Assembly: GCA_002633005.1 (NCBI GenBank)
Contig: NMRA01000032.1
Coordinates: 476,911-540,910, forward strand
Reading direction: 5' to 3'
DNA length: 64,000 nt
Source of the DNA: Phoronis australis
Taxonomy: Eukaryota; Animalia; Phoronida
Shown: piece after piece, positions 39,601-51,900 of the stretch
How the letters are laid out: each line of letters starts with the position of its first letter
How positions within the stretch are numbered: the first letter of the stretch is position 1
Notes under the pieces: generated by a model
Databases searched by the model: none
Told to the model about the DNA's origin: nothing
Seen by the model: the letters and a program-made list of their open reading frames with translations, nothing else
Translations under genes and position numbers: made by a program

Positions 39601-42600
39601 GGCTAGGAGTAGTGGTGCCTGGGACTCTTTCGGAAACTTGAATATCCGACTGCTACGCCTCTAAATTAATACATGACAATTATATTTATAGTCTTAGTAA
39701 AAACTTGGTTTTATTGTTTACCTTCGACTACTACAAGTCCCACTCTTGTCACTTTAAGATGCGCTTATCAACTAGAAACGACTTGTATAGATGCATGACT
39801 ATTTATATTATGAACGGCTAAATAAATTATCTATATATCTATCGATAAAATTCGCAGATGAATTAGTTCTAACTACTTCATTATTTTGAAATTGATTTCA
39901 AAAAGAGGTTCTTTTCTTCATGGGCTATCAAGCACTGCTAAAGATTCCCGCGAGAGGTCAACCTCACACCATGGGTATGAATTGTGTGGTTGCTAAGAGT
40001 ATTAATAACTGAGGCTCTTTCGGAAACTTGCATAACCGATTGCTATGCCTCTGTACGGCAGTGGAATTTACAAATCTTGTACGGACCTTTGTATTAGGTT
40101 AGAAAATTCCGGAGGTAACTTGTTGCTACCTAGTATTCATGTACCTAGTTCTGTATCTTCGTTGACTTTTTTATCTAATGGATTATGGAATAAAAACAAC
40201 AAGGATTGTTTTGAAACCAGTTATCTACAATAAAATTGATATAGGGCTCCGCTTACTGTTAGACATCATGTTATCGGTACTATGTTGACAATTCAGTAAT
40301 GGATAGTCACGTGTCTACAAAATTTACTGAGTCGTGTGTTTCCAGATTTTGCTTTGTCAGCAGTATGCCTTCAATAATTAAGAGTAGTCGACGCGTACGA
40401 CAACTTGAACTATTATAGCAGTCTTTCCATGTTAGTTTCATATTCATCATTGATCATTTAAATCTTGTCTTTCAGTTTGTAATTCTGTTAGTTTGTCTTC
40501 CTGTCTCTGTATATTATTACTGAGGGCCCACATGGAAAGCAGTGAAAACTGACGGGGTTACCCTCATTGTAAATATTACAATGAATAAAATAAAAAAATA
40601 AATAAATGAGCATCCATGGTTATCAACATTTTCAATAACATTTACTTGCGAAATCTCACTACATTTATCCCATATTTCAGGAACAGAATACGAAAACGCC
40701 ATACTCCGTGCAATGAAACACATTGAGGATCGGACTTGTGTCCGTTTCCACCCCAACTCCTCATTGATTGCGAGGAAGGTGGGTCATAACGCCCGAGTAA
40801 AAATTCACCGAGGTAACGGGTAAGCAAATGCGACTCAGAATATTCATTGAGCTCTTTGCAAAACTACATGTTCTCAGTCGTTATACCCCTTATCTAGAGC
40901 CCTCGTGGATTTTGGAGAATTATCACCCTCGGGGTTAACGCCCCTCGGGCGATAATTCTCCAAAATCCACTCGGGCTCTAGATAACGGGGGATAACGACT
41001 TCGCCATGTAATAATCTATATGTATGTCGTAAATAGTTACTTTACGCCGTAAATAATATTATTTACGCCGCAAATAATTACTTTGCGTACCCAAAGCAAA
41101 TTCAAAATTACTACTAACTTAGTTATCATTGCAGTTAGCAGTACGAGAAGCTGCAAAAATTTTGTTGTTGTTGTTGTTGTCCATCTATATCCTATATCTA
41201 ACGGATAGGTTGTGGCTGGACCTTTTCCGCAGCTGGCTACCGCCCTGAATCGTGCTAGCCGATTAATCAAATTCTTTGATTTGCATTAGGCCTATGTGTG
41301 TCCTCAATTTGCAGATGCTACTCCGACGTAGGTAAAGTAAAAGACGACGGCGAGCAAGAAATTTCCATTGGAACCAACTGCCATTACGTACGTTTCTTAG
41401 AATTACATGTCTTCTTATTGTTCTTTGTTAATAGGTCATCCAATTTTCTTGTTCTGTTTCCCAAATATTTCATTCACATGAATTCTAATTCTGAAGCGCT
41501 CTGCGCGATAGCTCCTCCAATTTTTCCACTTGGGTTCTAAATAAAGGAAATAACACCCTTTCCATGTAATAACCAAAGTTTATTTGTCATACTTTTGTGA
41601 TGTTAAGGTCATGCAACTGCGTAGTCCAATGAAAAAATGCGGAAGAATTGCTTTTCCATATTTACAAATTCTATGTGATGCAGTTTAAGGAAGAAAGCAA
41701 TCTTTTTCGTATCATTTTTAGGAAAAATACGGTTTGTTGATACACTTTTCATTATGGGTTTCAGTAATTTAATCAATTTGAGCCATGCCCTAATCTGGAA
41801 AGCACATTTAAGGGAATTAGAGTTTCCCGGCAGTTTGTGTCTAAGTTCGAATTTGCTGTGAGGATCTGTTTTAGTGTTGTTCTCCTGGTTTCCTAAAATT
41901 GTTGTCACCACTTCCAATCAAAGAGTATTCTATGACAGGCTAGATTGTTAGAGAACTGATAGACGACTGGTAATAAATACGAATTCAGAATGTTGTATGT
42001 CGATTTGTAGAAAGCTTGACTTTCCCGAAGTCTATCAGTGTCTTCACCGACTGAAAGGTGTTTCTAGTGAAGAGCACGCCACTTGGCATAGTAATGTAGA
42101 CCTCGGGCATCCCACGGACGGAGGAATAACTGTTCCACTTGTCCGAGTGTCCCACGACGCTCTCCCAGTGGACGGTGGCCTGATCCACCCAAACAGCTTA
42201 CATTCCGCCCTGTAACTAGCCCTCAACAAACAGCTGACACCTTGATCAAAACCACAATAAACTTATCAAAGTTTATCTCACCGTCCTGTTTACTGGACGT
42301 TAAACTGTCCTCTTTACTGGGTGACGTACTGGGCGTGCATTCTTTCCCACTACTCAACATCGCTGCAGAGCTGCATGGCAGGCTCTGAGCTGGAGACAAC
42401 ACCAGCACACAGCGAATCACTGCTAGTTCCCAGAATTGCACGTTCTGGGGGTATGTTTGGAGGCACGGGTGACTGTAGCTGAAAGACCTCGAATCATTGT
42501 AGAAGCCATAGATCGCGAGGTTTCTCACCTCAAAAATGCACTTTTCGGGAGTGGCGACGGGGCACTGAGGGAAATCAACGACGACAGTATCGCACGTACT

Positions 42601-42846
42601 CTCTTTAAGCGTTGTTTTGAAGGAATCTCCATCACTTGTACGTACATATCTCTTGCGTAATCCAACGGCAGAAAACGCTTGTCGCATACTGGGTCTTCTC
42701 CACTGCCATGTATTATGGACCACCACGGAAATTTTAAATTTTTGGCATACATAAATATTCTTTGAAATTTCTGTACCTTGTATCTATTACTGTATTTATT
42801 ATTGTAATTATGTACATTATCAAATCAACTAGTAAAACTAATAATA

Positions 42847-42881
<35 letters not shown>

Positions 42882-42895
42882 GATGATAATGACAG

Positions 42896-42953
<58 letters not shown>

Positions 42954-45900
42954 AATTCGCTGCTTGAACTGGTAATACACTTCAACGAGCCTATTACGGA
43001 GGAGTGGGTTATGCGTCGGAAAGCGATGTAATGGCGCGTACTCAAAGCATGTTCACTGTTTCATTAACAAACACAAACGAAGATTGAAATTATTACAGCC
43101 GAGGTAGAATAATGACTTTCGGTTTCGGTGATGACAGAACTATCGTCTTTGTTACTACTGAGGTCTTTCTGTTCTTTCTAGTATCACTCTCAGACATAGG
43201 CTAAACAACATCCTAGACCTCTAGCCCAGGAATGCTAACTGTATCACGTGACCTAGTGTGTATTTTATTAGAGCTTGCAAACCCAGGTCTAACCGCCAGG
43301 GTTTGCACAGTAAATATTCACAATCCGGGTAGAGTTCAATAGCGCTAGGACCAGCCATCCCAAGCCTCATTTCAAGATTGCGTTGATCGACTTGGCCATA
43401 TGTATCAATTCTACATTTTGCTGTAGTATCACGGTCGTTTTTGAGATACAGCGAAATTGTAATTTCCCACGAGTAATGGATCTATTTTCACCTTCGACTA
43501 AAAATAAAAAACAGGTCGTTTCATGTTTGTGCGGCACCCGCGTTTTTCCCATTCGAATAAAACATAAAAAACGCCGTCGGGTAATTTTTGATGTTACGTC
43601 TCCCGTTCGACAAAAACCTTGTTGGATTGTTTTTATGCGTTGCGACGGACACTTCACCCTTGGGTTTTGGCTTTGTCCCAACTTTTTCTGGAAGTCCCGA
43701 TTTTTAATCTGGAATGTTGACCATCACAACTATGTTTAGATTTAAATCGTTTCCCCACGGGTTTATCTCCATAACCTGTCTGGTTCGTTTCCTGTTTATG
43801 TTACCATTACACTGTCACCCTGTTATTTTTGCACTTTTATCAACACTCTTGATTTTTAAAATTAAAAAATATTTTTAACCTGTCAGGTAAATATAGATTA
43901 TTACATGGCGAAGTCGTTATCCCCCTAGAGCCCGAGTCGATTTTGGAGAATTATCGCCCGAGGGGTGTTAGCCCCGAGGGTGATAATTCTACAAAATCCA
44001 CGAGGGCTCTAGATAAGGGGGATAACGACTGAGAACATGTAATAATCTATTGATACCACATACTGAACGAGAAACATTGCAATGAATCGGTCTACCTTTT
44101 TCGACTCGCCTCGGCTTTGTAACTACTTTCTCTGTCAGAGGCCCGGGGTCGAAGGTCGTGACCTTTTAAGAAAAGCCGAGATATTTTTGTAAAATAATAC
44201 TCAAAACCAATAGAAAAATAAAGCAAAATAGAAATAAAGTGAATCTATAAATTAAGGTTTAACAACTGTTATAGTTTACTACACATTTTATCACGCTAAG
44301 CTTCGACCGGGAATATATTGTCTGCTAAAGCGGGTTACCACTAGTAACTGACTATAATGCTCAAGTCAAAGGATCCCGACCACACGACACCTGCATTCAA
44401 ATTGGAGATCGGTGATTTACAAGGGAGAGAACACGAGAGAGAAATTTCACTGAATTAAAGTATCCTTTTTATGGAAATTATGCGTTTTATTTTTCATAGC
44501 GTATAGTTGTCGGTACAATGCCCTTTGCTGAACATGCGATTGTTGCGCGTGCTCATTTAAAGGATCATGCCACCCAAAACAACCTAATTTGTATCAATTT
44601 AGATCGAGTAGTTCTACTCCATAACGACACTTAAGGTTGCGTTACGTGACACCTGACGGCAGACGGAGGTGTTGAAATTATCCGATGACGTCACCGGTTT
44701 CACACACAGTCTGTTCAGCAGTTCACAACACGGGCTACTGGTGTCAGCTTATCGCATGAAGTTATCGTTTAACACCCATAAATCATCAAACTTCGATGTA
44801 AAACCCTTAAAAGTACACCGAGTTCTTATAACAACGTGTTTTATTTCACTGTTACGGATTTATTGGTATTTGGACACACCGTAGCCTACAAAGTTCGGCA
44901 GTCCAATTTACCAAGGTCCGTAGCAGGAGTTTGGGGTCTGTTCGGAGATAAATTTGAAGTATTTTCCGACCGTGAGATACAGACAGGAGAACCTAGATCT
45001 GTGTTGTTTAGATTTTTTTAGTTCTTAACACAAAAGGTTGTTATCCTGGCCAGTGGCTCGGAGCCCGATCAGGCCCGTCGCGGCCGGCCGGATTAACTCG
45101 TTATCCCGGTCAGTGGCTCGGAAACTGATCAGACATCACGAACATAAACCAGCCAAAGTTCAGTGGAAACTAAACTTCCAGTCAAGAAAATACTATACTT
45201 GTGAGCCAAAGTAATGTGCACGTGATATTATGTTGGTGAATTAGCCACGAAACTGCAAATCTACTTACTCGTCGGGGGCCGCGAATTCAGGCTCCACTTT
45301 GGTCACAGCACCGTCAGGGCAGAAGTTGTACATTGACAATCATTATTTGAGTAATGTAAATGTATATAAAGATTCCCGTAACACCTGGCCGTGGGATGGA
45401 AATCGAATTGTTTCACAGCAGTTTCTGCCAGCCAGAGAGCAAACACTAAATTAGCATGAGCTCACACTGCCTCGGTGTCCCGTCAATTAGTTTTATTACA
45501 CCTAAAGCCGGTAATGCAGTGATTATTTCACAAGAGTTTCTGCCAGCAAACACTAAATTAGCATGAGCTCACACGGCCACGGTGTCCCGTCAGTTTTATT
45601 GCACCTAAAGCCGGTAACGCAGTGATTCATTCATTGCTGGCTTTTCAAATCATTTGCACTCACGAACACTCCAAAGGCATTACAAATTGCATCTAATGAG
45701 ATAGACTTTGTTACAGTTTTATACAAGTATCGGTTAGGGTGAGAATAATTCAATTTGCAACAGAACGCTCAGTAAATGGCAACCGTCGCAATCCCGACGT
45801 AGGACGAGCTAGAGCTTACCAGTCCCGACTTCGCAGGTGGATCGTTAAGTTTTACAGGCTATCAATTCGAACAGGAATACAATGATGGAGAAATACTAGA

Positions 45901-48900
45901 GAGGCGCCGTGAACAAGCTCAGACAACGGAACGTATAGAGTTATTTGGTAAGCCGGCATTCGTCAGGCACTGTCGACGCCATAGACACGGAGATGTTTCA
46001 CTGCCTCACACTTGCTATTTACAGCGTACATTTCATTCTTCACTACCATGAGCCACTTCCTAAGCATTTCGGACTCTCGAGGAAGTAAAAAAAAAGATAA
46101 ACCCACTTTCCTCGCAGCTGCTTAGTTCGGACAAGCGGTAACGATGCATCGCAACATAGCGGAATTCACCCTGCATATGAATCACTGACGTCGCTAGCGT
46201 CGTTTCTCACCTTCCTCACAGGTTAACGCGACACCTCTTGACAAGGTAAGGTCGACCGTATGCGAGGCAATGTGGATATAGACCGATTAAGACGGCAAAA
46301 AAGGCTAATTAAATCGGGTGGCATTCTCCTTTAAGTATTCTATTTTCACGTTCGATGACGTCAGCAGCTGAGTGGTGTAGTGGTAAAGTCGGCGACTCGC
46401 AACTCTTGAGGCCCGGGTTCGAATCCGGCCTCGGTTTCCCACCAAAATGTCATCTCACTAGTGAGATAACTTTATGGGTTATTATAAACGGTTGTATCTG
46501 CCATTCGAGGCTTATATTGTAGTATAATGTGAAATTATATAACTCTTATGGAATTTAGATAAAACGACGTGCTTGCAAACAAATTAAACGCACGCGCGGC
46601 GCAACCCCAGCGGCGTGCAATCAAAGTTGTCATTCCTGGGCTAGAGTTCTGTGTTATTATCAGTAATTGCAATTTGCGAGGGCATTTTGTTCGTTGTGTC
46701 AAATCGGTCACTGAATCACGAAAAAAATTTTCAGTCGACAGAGGTCAACCCCGCTCCATCACAGTAACGATATTTGTTGTAAGTGGAGTAGCCTGCTTAT
46801 GGAACGTCGATGGCAATGCCCGGCAGGTGCCACTGCGTTCTTAGAAGAACGAGCAGCAGATTTCGCAAATGCACATCTTAACAGAAAGTCCTCTGTATAT
46901 CTACGATAAATACACGAAGGTATGTGATGATGATTGTGGGTTTTTATATCTCGATTTGTGATAAGCACCGAAGTTCTTTACACTTTTAGTTTGGCACCGC
47001 TGTGCACGAGCTGATGCACACGCTGGGTTTCTACCACGAGCAATCCCGTACCGACAGAGATGACTATTTGATAATTCATGAGGACAGAATTAAGGCCAAT
47101 GCAACCTACAACTTCCGAAAGTATGGTCACAACACAATCAAGACCTTTGACATACCCTATGATTACACCAGCGTTATGCACTACTCGGGAACTGTGAGTC
47201 GATTTTTGCTGTTGGTCCAATTTGACGTGAAACTTCGTAAGCCTCTTATTTTAATATTTTTAAAGGTGACATGTAAGTCTATGTGGCTGCGGATGTTCAC
47301 GTACTTTTTGTTTGTTTATAAAATAATTTATATTTACTCAAGAAACCATATCACTGTAATAATACTAACAATAACAATAACAATAACAATAATAATAATA
47401 ACAATAATAATAATAATAATAATGATAATAATAATAAACTTGGAAAATAAAAAACTGATGATGACATGTTTCTTAATTGATGAGTGTCATGTTTGATGTT
47501 AAAGCCTATCTTAAACGGGAACACTAGTAAATTTGGTTCCTACAGTATGTTGAGAGCATTGCTCCGAGCCCAAATGTAACAAATTGTTAGGCGTATTGGC
47601 TGGCTTTTATCGACGTCACCGTGAGAATCACCTATTAATGGCTCACTTGCGAGTTTACAGTAAGTCAATGTGACGTCACCGGAAGTAGGGCAAAACCCGC
47701 CATGTTGGTGTTGTTTTTCCCCCGAGACTTTGCTACACACGCTAAATCTTACTGAAGTTCTTATGGAGAATTTACGCTTAAAACGTTAACACAACTTAAG
47801 AGATTATAGATGGATCGTGGAGTAACTGTGAATGGACGAAGAAAAGGTGTTGTGCGAAGATTATTACTCATCTAGTTGGAAATATGACACGGACAATTAC
47901 AATTATTTACCGGGCAGCCCACTACCGATTAACCAAGTTTCTGCTTCACAGAAATTTTGAAAAATACCTGGTTTCAGTCTCGTAGACGCGTGAACGTTTC
48001 TAAGGAAGCTACTGTGATCACGTTTTTCTCTTGTAATCCATAGCAATTAATGTATCGCGAAGTTCTTGCATTTTCGCGAGATTCTCGTCTCTGCAGAAGG
48101 CATTCCTGGTCCCCGCACATGAATCTCCCACCACGTTTTCTGTTTAAAGACGGATGTTCGATTCTTTCAAAAACGCACTCCATCGCAGCACATTCAGCTC
48201 ATTTTCCTCTTTTTTATCAGCACATTACTTAGGTCAAAACTATCCTGCACAGTGAGTGGACGCATCGAAATCATGCGTGTCACCTTAGATGGGTTCAGTT
48301 GTTCCTGTTCGAAATAACCGTTCCTTTAACGATTGCTTGGGTTCGCCTACGAAATCTTCCTGATACTAAACACACTAGCTGTAAGGTCAAACAGTCAAAA
48401 GAAAAAACCTCGATGTTAAATTGCGGAATTGAGAGATAAACCTACAGGAAAAGTAGAAAAATTAATTTAGCGATAGTTTTCAGTACTGAATGCAAGAGGC
48501 AAACAAGGAGTTGTCTAAGTATTTTTATGTCTTATTCATGATATTTCCAGTATTTCGCCAAGAAGTCGGGTGACATAACCATGGAAACACTTGATCCGGC
48601 TATACAACTAAGAATTGGACAGAGAGAAAAGATGAGCTTCCTCGATACGATGTCAATTAACACCATGTACTCCTGCAATGGTATTCCTTTATTTAGAAGT
48701 CATAATAGAAGTTACATTTAGCATTCTTTTAAAGATTTTTAAATGAATTGGTTGGGGAGCATGTTAATGATTAGAATGAAAGATATTATTATTTTTTTCA
48801 CAATTAATACATTTATTACAAAAGACAGATACATATACAAATATACACAACACAATACAACAACGTACAGAACTGTGCAAAAAATATCGAGAAAGCATTT

Positions 48901-51900
48901 CATTGTTACTTCGAAGTTTAAAAGTACCATTTAAATTTCTGTTCTGGCATCTGGTCAACTCTCTGGATCCCCTCATGTTTCAAATACACATTTCCAATCT
49001 TCCCATTTTTTGTATCATTAAATTTCCGTGTGTTTAACGAAGCACTAACTTCTACATTAAAACACTCATTCAAAAATTTTTTAAGACATCCTAAATTAGG
49101 TTTGACGTTAGCAAATTTCCTTTTAAAAATGAAAATTTTAGTTTGTAAAAGAAACCAATTCAAAATTCTATTCTTTTCATTTTGAAGACCAAATATTATG
49201 GTGGTTTTGTCTATTTCAAAATTTACTTGCATTGCAGTCGTTAACCAGAGACGTACCCCGTGCCAGAAAGAATTAACATATTCACATTCTAAAAATAAAT
49301 GTTCTAGAGTTTCGGGAAAGCATTTACAAAAAGTACAAGTATTTGAGTCCACGTATCCATTCTTATTTAAAAATTAGTTAGTAGGTAGAATTCTATGCAG
49401 TAAGGGGAACTGAAAGAAAAGTAAGCTTGTGTCATTTGTACATTCATGTGGAAGTTTGTAATAGAGGTTCCACATCTTCTCTGATAGCGAAAATCCCAAT
49501 ACTTCGAATTTCTTTTGAGCCGAAGGTATTACGTCATTTTTGCACAGAATATGGTAAGAATCCCGACACTCCTTTTTCGTCAAAATAATATTTTTTAGGG
49601 AAAAAGGTACAAGTGGTCCATATACCTTTTTTAGTATTAAGTCTTTGAAAAACGTTTTCAGGTATTTTTTATTGCACTGACAATTGAATAATATTTGAGA
49701 AAGCTGACATTAATCTGATGAATCGTCTGGAAACTTTCAAAGGTGTAGAAGTTACCATTCCAGTCTAAAAAATCGTTCACAAATATTATAATGAAAGATA
49801 TTATGGTATTCTACTTAGGCTTTTAAAGGAGAATGCCAACCGATTTAATTAGTCTTTTTTACCGTCTTAATCGGTCTATATCCACATCGCCTCTCATACG
49901 GTCGACCTCACCTTGCCGAGAGGTGTCGCGTTAACTTATGAGGAAGGTGAGAAACGACGCAGCGACGTCAGTGATTTGTCTGCAGAGTGAATGCCGCTGT
50001 ATTGCGGTGCATCGTTTCCACTTGTCCGAACTATGAACCTGCGAAGAAAGCGGCCTCCCGTTCAGTAACGCTAGGACCTTGCTAAAAAGCAAGACATCGC
50101 GAGATTACGTGAGATATTGCCGTGCATTTTAAATACGAACATGTGACTTTGACTAGGTTTTAGCTAGGTCCTAGCGTACATGTAGCTCCTAGCGTCTACT
50201 GAACGTACGCCGGGTATATCGTTTTTTCGACTTCCTCGAGAGCCCGAAATGCTTAGGAAGTGGCTCGCAGTAGTGAAGAATGAAAGGTAAGCCGTTAATA
50301 GCAAGTGTGAGGCCGTGAAACATCTCTGTGGCTGTGGCCGGCATTTCGTCGACAGTGGTTTTTTCTGACGAATTCCGGCTTACCAAAGCACTATCCATAC
50401 TTTCCGTTGCCTGTGCATCTTCACGGCGCCTCTCTAGTATTTCTTGATCAGTGTATTCCGGTTCGAACTGATAGCCTGTGAAACCTAACGATCCGACCCG
50501 TGAAGACTTCGTTGGGATGAGCTCCTGACTAAGTCGGGATTGGCGCCGGGTGAGTTGCCATGTAGACGTTTATTATTCTGCGTTCTGTTTCAAAATGAAT
50601 TATTCTCATCCTAACCAATGCTTCTATGAAACTGAAACAAAGTCTGTCTCATTAGCTACAATTTGTAATGCCTTTGTAGTATTCGTGAGTGCAAATGTTG
50701 GGAAGCCAATAATGAATAAACCACTGCGTTACCGGCTTTTGATGCTGGCAATAAAGGAAATTGACCAGGCACCGAGGCCGTGTGAGCGCTTCGCTAATTC
50801 AGTGTTTGCTGACAGAAAGCTGTTGTGAAACAATTACACGATTTTATATGCTATGGTAACATGTTAGGGGAATTCTTATTTTATTTAGAAATACAAATAC
50901 ATTATTGAAATCATTGTTACTGTACAGCCTTTGCCCTGACGGTCTGTGGAAGGGGAACCCGACTTCGCGGCCCCCGACAAGTAAATAGATTTTCAGTTTC
51001 GTGGCTAATTTACATAAATAATTAAGTGCACATTATTTTTTGGCTCACTATTATAACAGGAGGTTTAATTTCCAACTCAAGCTGATTTATGTTCGTGCCA
51101 GTCCCGGCAGCCGCGACGGGCCTGATCGGGTTCCGAGCCACTGGTCGGTATAACAAGCGTTTTGTGTGACTGTTAGAACTCAAATTTAATAGAGATCTAA
51201 GTTCTCCTGTCTGCATTTCACGGAAGAATATTCGAATTTATCTCCGAACAGACCCCAAACTCCTGCTACGCCACCTTGGTAAATTGGCGTGCCGAACTTT
51301 GAAGGCTACAGTGTGTCCAAATACCAATAAATCCGTAACAGCGAAACAAAACAACACGTTTTTATAAGAATTCGGTGTATTTCTAAGGGTTTTGGCATCG
51401 AATTTTGATGATTTATTGGCGTTAAACGATGAATTCAAGCGATAAGCTGACCCCAGAAACCCGTGTTGTGAACTGCTGAACAGACTGCGTGTGAAATCAA
51501 TGACGTCATTGGATAATTTCAACACCTCCGTCTGCCGTCAGGTGTCAGGTAATTCAACCGAACGTGCCGTTATCGAGTAGAACTACTCGATCTAAATTGA
51601 TACAAAATAGGTTGTTTTTTGGGTGGCATTCTCCTTTAAATGTATTATCGTTTGGCTATGTAGTATTAAGTAACCGGGGTAGATAGTTTTCGTCCCTCAC
51701 GATCAGCACAAGAAATCTCACAGAGATCTGCCGATAAAAAATGTCGTTCGTAGGAAAGGATCTGTGATTCAAGGGTACACGTTGAGAGAAAAAGAATTCT
51801 TGTTTATGAAAAAAGAAAGTCAGCCCGTGAAGAACAATGTTCTCCATGAGCAAAGAACACAATAAGTGAGAACGTTCGTGCTGTTCGTGAGACTAGAAGA

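Larger units (their letters stand above)
43892..46529. mobile_element. Palindrome-headed non-autonomous element (copy 3 of the 160-bp palindrome plus body), interrupted by a Kolobok-like insertion
   Basis: Palindrome 43892-44050 is followed by tgataccaca. The distal end ..tgtagtataat (~46518-46529) is its imperfect inverted partner. The right boundary is inferred. Confidence 0.45.

Noticed and set aside
42734-43045. Poly-Ser and poly-Asp ORFs
   Set aside because: Translations of the (GAT)n microsatellite.
46367-46435. Functional tRNA gene (also 14670-14750)
   Set aside because: A and B boxes are present but the anticodon arms do not pair; these are SINE-like or pseudo-tRNA sequences.
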